Below, one piece after another: positions 39,425 through 51,232 of a stretch of 64,000 nt of DNA. The stretch spans positions 33,703,342-33,767,341 of the forward strand of contig NC_068990.1 in assembly GCF_001194135.2 (NCBI RefSeq), read 5' to 3'. The notes under the pieces were generated by a model, which searched no databases, was not told the origin of the DNA, and saw only the letters and a program-made list of their open reading frames with translations. The translations under genes were made by a program, and so were the position numbers. This stretch comes from Octopus bimaculoides. Taxonomy: Eukaryota. The first letter of the stretch is position 1, and every line of letters begins with the position of its first letter.

Positions 39425-41389
39425 CATTTTTCATACGAGTGTGTTCGCACATTCATTACCAACGTTAGGCCGATGACTGACAAGTATATGTGTGTGACGG
39501 TGTATGTGCCTGTCAGTATACATACATCTTTGTGACAACTGACACACACAGAGGCAGAGATAGGCTTCAGGTGTTTGTTAATGTATGTGTGTGTGTGTTT
39601 GTTTTAGTTTATGTATGTATCTTTCTCCTGTCCAACAGTGAAATGCACCGATACTGAAAGTTTAGTTGCGGCCTGGACTTTAAACGAACAACAACGTTCC
39701 CTTTCAAGTACTACCAACATGAAGATTTGGCTGATTTAACACCACTCACAATACTTGCAAATATATCTTTTAAAAAATGTTATTCTGGTTATTGTAACAA
39801 ATTTTGAAACTTAGCAAAGTAGAAAGCCTCAGCAGCTCTTTCAATATAATTACAGAAATGTTATTCCACTCCTTCTAACCAGTTTCTAGATAATAGTTTT
39901 TTAACAGTCCTTGAATTCTTCATCACTGTCAGTATCAACGTCACACAACCTTTTCACTGCTTTCATCAGTATTTATTTTACAGCCTATAATGTTACACAG
40001 TTAAAAAATATGTAGTAATGTCAAATTAATTTATATCTCGCTACATACATCCTTCTGCAAATATTTTAAATTAATGTTCACAACAACAGCATCTTCCTTT
40101 CCATACATTTGGTTCAGCATTCATTTCAGGATTGTGAAAAAAATTTTTTTGTATGAAAACTTGATTTATGCCTTCTGAATTTTCTTGGACTTACGAATTG
40201 AACCTGCAACAGGTTAGCCAATTACAAACAAAAAGGTATCGTCAAATGACTTCTATTCTTACCCACTGATGTTAAGACTAGAACAATCAAATCAATTACA
40301 CATGTCAAATAAACTTTATTTTATTTTCATTTACATATTTTCTATGTTATCTCAACAATCAGCGATAGATATTTCAAATACACTTCTCTACAATGACCAG
40401 GTTTCATTACAAAATGAAAATAGTTTCACACTTTCAATTTGAACCAAAATTACAAAGTGTTACATTACGAGAGTGAAGATGTGTGAAAAATGAAAGTTAT
40501 GTTTCTCCAAATTAGTCATATCTGAATTATAATAAAGAAAGCTGCTTATTATCTGTTTACGAAATAAATTATGTTTTTGACTCAACAACTCTTTTTTACA
40601 ACTAAAATAACCTCAGTAAGTAGGTTGGGTCACACAATTTTCAGGTCATATTCAGACAATATTTCAATTTGCTTCCAATGTTTCACGCATGCATGACATT
40701 CTACTCAGACAAACATTATATGAAAATGTACACATAAATAGAGCATTAAAATAAGCCACAACCAAAAAAATTGCATTAAAAGGCATCCATTTTTCTATAT
40801 GCTATGAGGAAATACAATCACGCACACACACACACACTCTTTCTCTCTCTCTCTCTCATGCAAAAAAGATGTATTTTCATGTATTTATGGGCGAAGGTAA
40901 AGAATACATACTCCTGGTGTTTAGCGTTAGGGTTACACCAAAAACGGGTGGTGTGTGTATTATTTACCTCCACTGTGTATGTGTGCATGAAATATAACGT
41001 GTATGTGTGCGTGAGAGAGAGAGAACGAGAGAAAGGGAGCGAGTGAATGTCACTTACACATACAAACGAAAAAATGTTATAAAATAATTTCTTTTGACAC
41101 ACATACACACACATTCTACAATAATAATAAGGCAGAATGTTAAACTGAAAGCATATTTTAATATAGATGTGTATAAGGAGGATTAAAAAGGATTTCTAAC
41201 CGGCTTTCATTGCATGGCACATTTTCAAGAAGAGGGAAAATGAAAAGAATGTTTTTTACAAAAAAATTAAAAATATAAAAAATATATAAAAAATAAATAT
41301 ACCAATACATTATATTGTCTTTGAGCTTTTAAAGTTCAATGGTAATCTATGTAGATAATTGTTAGAAAGATTAGGATGCATGTAATTAA

Positions 41390-42075
41390 GATTGGTATTG
41401 TGTTTGAAAAGGCTGAAAGTTTGTGTTAAACAGGAAGTGTGGTGTCAAAACAGGAANNNNNNNNNNNNNNNNNNNNNNNNNNNNNNNNNNNNNNNNNNNN
41501 NNNNNNNNNNNNNNNNNNNNNNNNNNNNNNNNNNNNNNNNNNNNNNNNNNNNNNNNACAGGAAGTGTGTGTAAGGGAAGACAATTCTGTGGGTTTTATAC
41601 TCTTTATTTGGAGTTCTGGATTCTTTATGAACAGGAAGTTTCTGTCTGTTCTTAGAGAAACAAGAACTAAATTTATATGTATTTCATTGGGTAGGTGAGA
41701 GAAGAGAATATGGTCACCGAGGAGTTTGTATGTTAAGAAGCATTTGGAATTTCTCTATAAAAAGATTCTCCTTGTTGATTCTTTCTTGTGTAGAGATTCT
41801 GTCTTTACATTGATAGAAAGGGAATATAAGGAATTTAGGGTTTTTATTTCTGGCGCAAGAGTCTATGTGGTCACTGAGTGGAATTTGGCAGTGTTGTGGA
41901 AGATTTATTTGTTCTTTATGGACTGCTACTCTTCTACGCAAAGAGAGGCATGTGAGGACATAAATGAGGTTCCCAGTGGAACAAGAGAAGTTGGTTTTGA
42001 TTTTAAACCTTGTTCCTTGTTTGAAGGTAAATTCAGAGCCTTCAAGTAGGTAGGGGCAGGTACCACAGTAGATAG
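41390..42075 (-). mobile_element. Penelope-like element 3' fragment (GIY-YIG endonuclease region plus 3' flank)
   Basis: Open frame 42069 to 41714: CGTCPYLLEGSEFTFKQGTRFKIKTNFSCSTGNLIYVLTC-LSLRRRVAVHKEQI...LSDHI...FLIFPFYQ...ERINKENLFIEKFQMLLN; repeated acaggaagt motifs downstream. Confidence 0.85.
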
Positions 42076-42109
42076 CTTCTGTTATCCATATAATTCAATT
42101 AGCAATAGA

Positions 42110-42350
42110 AGATCATGTCCTGAAAACATATTAATTAGAGTAAGGATGTAGTGGGAAAAATTCTGTTGAGAATTTTCTCTCTCTGGGTTGAAAGGTCCAT
42201 TGTATGACGCTTGAGTACCAAGTGCAATGCTGCATGGTAGCAAAATATCATCACTAAATGTAGATGTGCAGAGGCTGGGAAGAAATGAGGTGAACATGAT
42301 CCATAGGATGTGTGATTTTAGCATTCATGAATACATGAACACAAATAAAT
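42110..42350 (+). mobile_element. RTE LINE fragment
   Basis: ...KGPLYDA*V.SAMLHGSK...DVQRLGRNEVNMIHRMC resembles RTE KGRLYDACVRTAMLHGSETW...RNE..M.R.MC. Confidence 0.7.
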
Positions 42351-42357
42351 TAAATAT

Positions 42358-42490
42358 ATGAGTGGTTGGCGTTAGGAAGTGCATCCAGCTGTAGAATCTT
42401 TGCCAGATCAGATTGGAGCCTGGTGCAGCCATCGGGTTCGCCAGTCCTCAGTCAAATCGTCCAACCCATGCTATGATGATGATGATGAGG
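42358..42490 (+). mobile_element. SINE family C 3' part
   Basis: gagtggttggcgttaggaag...ggagcctggtgcagcc...ccaacccatgc followed by (GAT)n. Confidence 0.8.
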
Positions 42491-42879
42491 AGGAGGAGGG
42501 GAGGAGATTACCATTCTTAAGAGAAGCAAGAATTTATTTTAATCTCAACAGAATAATTGACTTTGGTTTTGGCTTGATTTTGTAGATAATGCATATAACC
42601 AGCTGAATAGAATTTAGTGCATTGTCGTTTCAAATTATAATGGTGTTGAGAAGATGAAAAGGAAATTCTGAATTCACAGAAAATCCCATTTATTTGATAG
42701 GCAACCTTTTAATGACAAATGTATCAAGATTTGAACCCCAAACATTAAACCACTGAACTAAGTACTGTAAATTACCAAATCACAGGAGTCTTTACTATTC
42801 TACATCAAATCAACTTACTATGGATGGAAACCTTTCTTAACTATTGTTGAAATATTGATTGTGTCACTTACACAGTTCT

Positions 42880-42893
42880 GCACTCAACTATCA

Positions 42894-42954
<61 letters not shown>

Positions 42955-43490
42955 TTCAAATACTGCAACTTCAACAATCTCCTCTAGTATTGTGCAGTCA
43001 CTGTGAATAGAAAGGTTTTTGCTAANNNNNNNNNNCTAGGATTGTGCAGTCACTGTGAATAGAAAGGTTTTTGCTAACATATTGCAATGATGATGATAAT
43101 GTAGCATTCTTGACACCAAACTGTTGATGCTCCACACACACACACACACACACACATTCACTTACTGCAACTTCAACAATCTCCTCTAGGATTGTGCAGT
43201 CACTGTGAATAGAAAGGTCTTTGCTAACATTCTTTTCTGCTCTAGGCACAAGGCCCAACATTTTTGGGGAGGGGGCCAGCCGATTAGATTGACCCCAGTC
43301 GACCCCGAAAGGATGAAAGACAAAGTTGACCTCAGCGGAATTTGAACTCTGTATGTTAAGACAGACGAAATACAGCTAAGTATTTTGCCTGGCATGCTAA
43401 TGTTTCTGCCTTAAGGTCTTTGCTAACATTGCAATGATGATGATATTGCAGCATTTTTGACACCGAACTGCAGATGCTCCACATACAAGT
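42880..43490. repeat. About 150-bp tandem repeat containing (CA)n, with a family B SINE inserted at 43232-43412
   Basis: ctaggattgtgcagtcactgtgaatagaaagg recurs three times; 18-bp TSD aaggtctttgctaacatt at 43214-43231 and 43413-43430. Confidence 0.8.
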
Positions 43491-45419
43491 TAGTTGATTT
43501 GTATCAGTGTGTTTTGGCCATGCCAGAGCACTATCTCATTCTACAGTGTTTTGGTTCCTTTATAGCTCATGATATATATTTGGAATTTCATTGTTTATAT
43601 GTGTGTTCACCTTTGTGGTTGCAATAGGTGACTCTACACTGTTGATAATATTCTACGGATGACTGCTATCCTACACTGACAGTAACATCCCACAGAAGAC
43701 TCCTACTTAGACTAATGAAAAAATGAGAATTGATGAATGTAAAATCTAGAATTCAAGGAAGCTGTGGAATTGCATTGACAAGAATAAAACAAAATTATGG
43801 AAACCGTGATAACTCCTCTGTTGCTGTGTTTTCTCTGTCGAAGTACAAATGTCTGAAAGTAATTTTACTCCTCACAGTTGTTCATCTTCTACTCTGTGTT
43901 GAAGAACAAAAGTCCAAAGCATCAAACTTTCTACACTTCATGGTAGCTGAGTTTATTCAGCATTCAACATAAACCATATGTGATTGAATGTTATGTCTTA
44001 CAGTTATAGACATAACTATATTATAAAAAATATTGCCATCCATTGAAGTGTAAAACTAACACAGAAGGTATTTATAATTTAACCTAGCAATAAATATCAG
44101 TCTTCCACTGATGCAACAACTATATTCACTATTCGTTATTTTGATTCTTCAGTTCAAATTTAGGTTTCTTAATCCCTACATGCTATATCAACCAATCTAT
44201 CTTGGATGATGTGTGAGAATTTACAATACAAACTAGAGAGAAATGTAATAGATTCACACCACTAGACAAATTTAACCAGTGCCATTCACAGGATGGCCTT
44301 ATTTACCTTTCACTTAGACATTAATTCCCAGTAGATTAGCAAATAGAAGTAACTGCCTAAAATCAATAGCTTATAACATTGATTTGAGAGCACATATAGA
44401 AGGAAACAAGTGAATTAGATGAAGTCTGTCAGCTTGAGAGAAATTACAGCACTTCTGTTTAACCTCTGTTTCCCTCTATTACTATGAGTTGGACAGAAAA
44501 ATATATAGTTATTGCTAAAATTAAATTAGAGAGATAAAATATGAAACTGAAAAACTGATACAGTGCAAGCAAAATGTATAACATCACTTACCTAATGGCA
44601 TATTATTCTACAAATATAGATTTATATAGTTTTTAAAACCTATTGACAAAAGCTGCTATCATTCCAGTAGTCTGTTTGAAAATGGCATAAATGTAACTTT
44701 CAATGCAACAATTAGCAGAGATAAATAGATTCTGTACTTGAAGAAAGTTTTAAAAAGCTATTGTAGTGCTAATATTTGAAAAATAAACAACAAATTCAAA
44801 TTTGTTCAATACAAAAAGGAAAAAAAAAAAAAAAAATTTAATTAGTAGAATATAAGAGAAAGGTCCCAAGAGATATGATTCAGTATCACATTTGGATGGA
44901 GCATTACATTGAGAATGGAATTTCCAATAGTTCAGCGAGAACTTCTGCTACAGCTATTACTATTTTTAGTTCAGCGTTAACTAAAAATTAAAAAGGAAAA
45001 GGAATTTTATATGAGAGAAATGTCTTTCTAATCACAAAAAAAAAAAAAAAAATGGCATTTCTTTCTCTGAAGAACAGCAGGGAAGGCACTTTTATGTCAG
45101 CTGAGAATCTTTTTGTACCAAAGAAAGGTGTAAAGTCAACTTATTAGGAGATAAATTTTACACAAAATACACAAATTCCATTTTTTTTCCTCTTTTGCAA
45201 ATTCCTCTCCAGTTCATAGAACGGTGAAAGAGCAGCATTCTAGTCAAAAAGTTGTATCCATTTTTGTGAAAGTACCTTACACAATATCACATCATTTGTT
45301 GTGCAAGTTTTGTTACCCAAAACTTACACAACAGATTCCAAGATGACAAATGTCAGATTTCTAGGAGGAGAAATAAGAACAGCAAAACAATATACAGAAA
45401 CATACACACACTGCATATC

Positions 45420-45840
45420 ATCATCATCATCAACATTATTTTAACATCCATTTTTCCATGCTTGCACAGATCAGACGGAGTTTGATGAGGCACGTTTTCC
45501 TTTGATCGGATACCCTTCCTGTCACCAATCCTAACGTGTTAGAGTTTCCATCTACCAAATCCTCTTAAGACTTTGGTTGGGCTGGAGCTATAGAAGAAGA
45601 CACTTGCCCAAGGTGCCACACAGTGGGATCGAACCTGGAATCATGGGGTTGGAAAGCAACCTCTTACCACACAATCATGCCTGCATCTATACAAAAGGTG
45701 AAAAAGGAAATGGGTAAAGGCTCCCTTCGGCCATGGATGACCATGAAAGTACTTAATTTATTGACCCCCGAAAGGATGAAAGGCAAAGTCAACCTCAGTG
45801 GAATTTGAACTCAGAACGTAAAAGAAAACGAAATACCACT
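45420..45840 (-). mobile_element. Pile of SINE fragments: family C tail, family A 5' half, family B part
   Basis: (CAT)n tail 45420-45535; cttgcccaaggtgccac 45540-45690; gaccccgaaaggatgaaaggcaaagtc 45750-45840. Confidence 0.75.
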
Positions 45841-46539
45841 AGTCACTTTACATTGTCTGATTTCTTAGAATTTTTTCTGGATTCAATGTTGTAACATTGT
45901 AATAGTTCTCTTTCTCTTTCTCTTCTTTTTTTGTAACATACCCTATCCATATGTTTTAGCATTATGGTTTAGGACACTGTTAGTATTTTGATTGTTCTCC
46001 TGTTCAAGCTGTTCAATTTACTTAATTTTCAATTTATTACGTTGAAATTATAATACAACTGGTACAGATGCATAGCATATTAATACGTATTATTTTGTTT
46101 CTAAGATTAAGTTAGTTATGAATATTAATCTAATTCCCCAGCTAGTTTCATTTCTGATTGTTTCCATTTGTATGTTGCATCGATTTTGATTAATTTTTTG
46201 ATTCAACTTACTTAATTTTAACTAATTCATTTCTTCTTAATTTTCATGTCTTACTAACCATCATAGTCACTTTTATACCTCTGCTGAATTTCATTTGGGT
46301 TCCACATTTGTGTATTGGCATTTATAAAATAGTTTAGGTTATCAATACAGAGGAGACAATTAAAAATTTATTCATAACAGTTGCAGTCCAACCCTTGGTG
46401 CTTTTATTCAGTAAATGCATTGATGGAGTCAAACTTAATCAGAAGTGTAGAGAGATGTTCTGTTATGTGTATAAGCTTGGAGTTTTATCTTCTCTTTGCC
46501 CTGCAATGATATGCTTGACTTGCTGCGTTAGCCTCTGTA

Positions 46540-47052
46540 TATACATGTAGTGTCTCCAATATCCAACAGAGTGTTATGCTAGCAGATATTTTTCAGTAAA
46601 TAATCTATACCAACCTACATGTTTCTTGTTTTTCTCCTTCTCTTCTTGCTTTCTTCAATAATTGCTTGGTTCACCATTAGCTGCTCTTTACAACCATACA
46701 TCCCTTCTGGCACCTCTTTGGCTCCTCTAGTAAAATGTTATTACTTTCCGGTTGAACAGCCATCCTGTTGTAGAGCAGAGCTGGAAGGGCTTCGGTAAAG
46801 TTGTTAGCAAACAAATTATAAATCTGCCATGTTGAGGTCCCAGGTGTTTTTGTTTTCCAGGATCAATATTGTTTTTTCTCCCTCAACTAACCATTCAGGT
46901 ATTATTTCTGGTGTGTTTACTAATTCACTGAATGGTGTTGATACAGATATATGAATATTGGCCAGCTGTTTCAGTCAGGAATTTGAGACACTGTCATTCT
47001 CAGTGATTTTCCAATTGCTTGCAGACCTTATCATACTGCTGAATACTTCATC

Positions 47053-47060
<8 letters not shown>
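46540..47060 (-). mobile_element. R4/Dong-like LINE RT fragment
   Basis: EEPKRCQKGMYGCKEQLMVNQAIIEESKKRRRK...IDY resembles EEQKGC..G..GCKDQL.I...I.E..K......WIDY of R4/Dong RT. Confidence 0.75.
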
Positions 47061-47087
<27 letters not shown>

Positions 47088-47429
47088 GACAGAGAGAGAG
47101 AGCAGAATGGAGAGAAAGACTATCAACAAGCAATGACTGAAACCACCATATGATTATTACTATCATTATTATTATTATTACTAGTAGTAGTAGTAGTAGT
47201 TGCTGTCACATGACACAGAGTCGTTAAGAAAAAGATATAAAGATATATTTCCTTCACATTACATCATGTCAAAATCTAATTAAATTAGATCTTCATTTAA
47301 AACGAAGATGTAAATTAATTATTTCAAACTTTGATTACAAATGATGATATACCAGTTTATATAAGAAACAATTGATTTTCTCAGTAGATAATGATGATGA
47401 TGACAACGACGGTGACGAATTTATTTGTT

Positions 47430-47955
47430 GTTGTTATTATTATTATTATTGTTCAGTAGTTTTATTTTTATAACGTGCTTTCACTTCACCACCGAGCGCA
47501 GCTCTGTGTGCCTTGGGTATGTGCTGTGGTTTGCTGTGGTGCTCTTATGGTTACTGTATTGAAAGTGTTTTGCGTAGGGTGTGTGCAGTGCCCAGTAGTG
47601 CAATTTTCTGTATGTTATATATATTTGTAAGTCCTGGTGTTTTTGTTATGTATTTGTCTGAATATTTTTTTATTATACCTAAGGCACCTACTATAATAGG
47701 AATTGTTTCTGTTTTTAGATTCCACATTCGAGTTACCTCTATTTCCAGGTCTTTGTATTTTGAAAGTTTTTCCATTTCTTTTAGAGAAACGTTGTCATCT
47801 GCTGGTATTGATACATCAATTAGAAAGCATTTTTTTCTTCATGATCTTTGACAACTATATCTGGTGACCTTTTCTGGCGTGTGTTTATACCATCTTTTTT
47901 CTGTTGTTATTCCATAGTGTTGGCATAGCTTCCAGTGTATATAGGTCCACACACC
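47430..47955 (-). mobile_element. R4/Dong-like LINE 3' end with REL endonuclease domain and (AAT)n tail
   Basis: YIHWKLCQHYG...RPDIVVKD...CFLIDVSIPADDNVSLKEMEKLSKYKDLEIEVTRMW...PIIVGALG...QKIALLGTAHTLRKTL*; PD-(D/E)xK-type motifs. Confidence 0.9.
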
Positions 47956-48339
47956 ATCAAAGTGATGTTGGGGTACAGATATACAAAGCCCAATCATGAC
48001 TACCCATCTGATGAGGGTACACCAAGCACATGCATTACAACCATTAGCACATGGTATGGTGATCTCATATCAAGATAAACAGTGCATGACCTTGCTGGTG
48101 GGGACCCAGTTGGAATTTTCTTCAGCTCGAATTGCTTATCCCACTCAAAAGGCCCTTGAATAAGGGTCATTTAAGGATGATGAACGAAACAATCATGCTT
48201 CCAGGGGAGAATTATTCACAGTATTGGTGCTGTACCCATTTTAATTAAGCTTCCTGAAAGAGCATTTTCTACCTTATATGATAAATTTTTGTCTACCCTT
48301 CATAAATTGATTACTTTATATTGAGGATTTACCAGATAT

Positions 48340-48900
48340 TTCTCAGTGACTCAAATAGACATGCTTTCTACATTGTACCTATTCTCAGATAAAGATCAAG
48401 CTTTTTTAAGGTTTACTCTCAAATTATTTGTCATTGTTCCTAAGGCTCCAATGAGAATTGAAAGGATCAATATCAAACACAGTTTCTTCTTTCTATCAGT
48501 GACAATGAAATATCTGGCCTGTTGTGTTCTGGTTTTTTTGGGGTTTTTTTGGTTTGAAGAAGAAACTCCTATAACAACCTCAATACATTGTTTTCAAATA
48601 CTTTCCTTTTTATTCCCACGAAATTGTCAGAGTACATCTGTGCTTGCAAAACTAAATTTCTTAAAAAATTCCAGTGAATTATCCCATCACTCTAACTACA
48701 CATACAATTTTGTAATCATTCAAAGCAAACTATTGACATTCTGATACAATATGAGCTGTAGCTCCATCTGAATCATCTAAATTTTGGGGTAATTCTTGTC
48801 GATATAACATCCTTTTGATCCAAATTAACCTTAGAGCTTGTTCCTCTGCTGCCAGAATCACTCATTCAGTCTTTTTCTTTTTTCAATTCACTTTTGTTTA
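48340..48900 (-). mobile_element. Older REL-LINE endonuclease remnant
   Basis: Minus reading QARYFIVTDRKKKLCLI...ILIGALGT; degraded. Confidence 0.5.
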
Positions 48901-48902
48901 AC

Positions 48903-49124
48903 CTAGTGTTTCTCAACCGGGGTTCCCCAGAACTCTAGGGTTCCATGAGAAAGAGTGAGATGAGCTAAGGCTAATTTCATGATTGTAATATTACTATATA
49001 TGGACAACATATTATTGGTTATTATAATATTGTAATATAAACATCATCTTATCTAACCTATTATGTTATCAAAAAATATAACAACCATTGGGGATATATT
49101 TAGTGATGTCTGTAATTTATGGAC

Positions 49125-49196
<72 letters not shown>

Positions 49197-49440
49197 AAGC
49201 TTCTAAGCAAATGACCCCAAATGGGAAGTCAGCAAACAGATCTCTGACTTGTTTTGGAGAATTTGATGCTATTGCTTCCTCCTGAGTCATATCCCAATGA
49301 TGATATTTGTTGCAAAAAATCATGTAAAAAAATCGCCGAAAACAATCACAATAATAAAAACATAGGAATCCAAAATTTTAGGATTGCAGGTCTGGATTTT
49401 TAGCTCAGAATGTTCTTAATTTACTCACGGAGTTGGCCTT
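48903..49440. mobile_element. Possible hAT-derived non-autonomous fragment
   Basis: Starts ctagtgtttctcaaccggggttcc, a Charlie-like terminus; the other end is not clearly identified. Confidence 0.35.
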
Positions 49441-50856
49441 TAGATTATAAAAATTATCGTACAAAAAAATAAATTGTCACAAAGAGTCATGTAAACAAAT
49501 CATGACGAAGTGACTGTTTACTTTTAAAATGGCATTGTAGGGTAATTGTGAGAGGTTGGATCTGGTCAATTTTAACATAAAACTTGTAGAATACTTGAAC
49601 CAGAAATAGCAGGTTTGAATGTGAAAGAGTTGAGATTTCATTTCCTCTTTTCTATTTATCCTATTTTCTCATTTTGAGCTTTGCAAATTCTGTAAGTATT
49701 TCTTCATTTATTACCACCCTAACAAGAGTTCTTTTTCTTCAAAGAAACAACCCAGACTTGTCATTTCTAGTTCTATCTTTCTGGTACTCATTGATCATTT
49801 TTTTACTTTCTGCTCATATCCACTATAACTAGCCCACATTTGATTGAGGATGAATGCTTCTGTGCAGTGATGAGATACTTATTTTCCTGTTGCTATTCTT
49901 CACCTCCTCCTTCCTTTATCCAGTAATTCTTGTTCCATAGCTTATAAGCATCCTCTTATCATTATTATTGCCATTGTTGTTGTCACTGTTGTGTTCATAA
50001 CAAATACTGTGTTTTTAGATTCATTATGCTACATTTCTTATAATAATGATTATTTATTATTAATCACCTCCTTTTTTTTTAATTTCAGAATATTGAAGAA
50101 GATATTGTGTGAAGTGACAAGTGCCAAATGTCTGAATCAAACAAATGACAACATGTACATGAATTAAAAATACTTCTGTACCATTATACATATGTAAAGT
50201 AAAATTTAAGCACTTCACAAGCCAAATTCACAACTTCAGTTCCTAGATCTAGACATCTGGTTACATTTAAACATTAAACTTCATAGATTTATAAATAACT
50301 TTAAATTTCCAAATGAAGGAAGAAAGAAACAAATATTACTTGAGTAGCCGAAAAGAAATAAAACCATCTGTCCTTGAATAATAGGATAATATTTTTAACA
50401 AATAACTGCAGTAACTAGATTATAAGCCAGAACAAATTTCATTTATCATATCATGTAAGAATTTCAGTTATGAGACTATAGATAACATAATTCAAGCATA
50501 AAATATATCTTGGTAGTGTGATAATGGGTTAAATATGGACTTTAAGGAAAGTTTGTTGCTTCAGTGTGATGTTGTAATGAGGAATAGTTAAATTAAGTCA
50601 TTACTACAAACAGTCACAATCAATTAAATAGCTTAATAGTGTGTCTCTAACTAGTTAGCACACAAGGAATACAATATGTCTTTCCTTTTGGGAAAGTCAG
50701 CCTGCAAAATCTTTTTTTTCTAAAAGCTATGTTCACAAGCTGATGAAACATTTGTCAATTAATTCTATAGTTGAGCTAGTACTATTTATGAAAACTTATT
50801 CTATGACATGGCACTTAGTTAAGCCCAAGTGAAGTCAACTACAGACACATGGTTAT

Positions 50857-51026
50857 ACAGTTCTATATTTAAGAGATGAGGAATTATGTACATTATTTAC
50901 ATGTGACGGACATTTGTCCTCATCATGTTTGTTGTTAACACATTTTGGCTGATATACCCTCCAACCTTTATCAGGTGTCTTGGGGAAATTTCAAACCTGG
51001 GTTCTCATTCCTAAGGTATTTTTCGA

Positions 51027-51080
<54 letters not shown>

Positions 51081-51152
51081 AGTCACTGCCTGGAATCGAA
51101 CTCAGAATCTTGGGGTTAGTAGCCCATGCTCTTAACCACTATACCATATGCC
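50857..51152 (-). mobile_element. tRNA-headed SINE with (AAT)n linker and hammerhead-containing Penelope-like tail
   Basis: Minus head ggcatatggtatagtggttaagagc...gagttcgattcc (A and B boxes), (AAT)n at 51027-51078, tail containing acacCTGATAAaggttggagggtatatcagccAAAAtgtgt. Confidence 0.8.
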
Positions 51153-51188
51153 TTAGGAATGAGAACCCAGGTTCGAAATTTCTCCAAG

Positions 51189-51232
51189 ACACCTGATGAA
51201 GGCTGGAAGGTATATCAGCCAAAATGTTGTGT
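51189..51232 (+). ncRNA. Degenerate minimal type I hammerhead ribozyme (Penelope-type), probably inactive
   Basis: acac-CTGATGA-a-ggctg-gaaggtatat-cagcc-AAAAT-GT-T-gtgt: stem I acac/gtgt, stem II ggctg/cagcc; GAAAC changed to AAAAT by two CpG-type transitions. Confidence 0.65.

Noticed and set aside
39640-40140. Minus-strand frame with DVDTDSDEEFKDC...AAEAFYFAKFQNLL, a possible transposase relic
   Set aside because: Many stops and no diagnostic motif.
41726-42049. 107-aa plus-strand ORF MYVKKHLEF...
   Set aside because: Antisense shadow of the Penelope GIY-YIG frame.
44905-44981. Minus-strand acceptor followed by VNAELKIVIAVAEVLAELLEIPFSM*
   Set aside because: Does not match the expected AGBL4 continuation or phase 2.
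48005-48040. CTGATGA as another hammerhead core (also 31424 and 50741)
   Set aside because: No stem II followed by GAAA and no matching stem I or III.
50089-50170. Strong plus-strand acceptor followed by NIEEDIV* or ILKKILCEV...
   Set aside because: No upstream exons identified; strong pyrimidine tracts are common in this AT-rich DNA.
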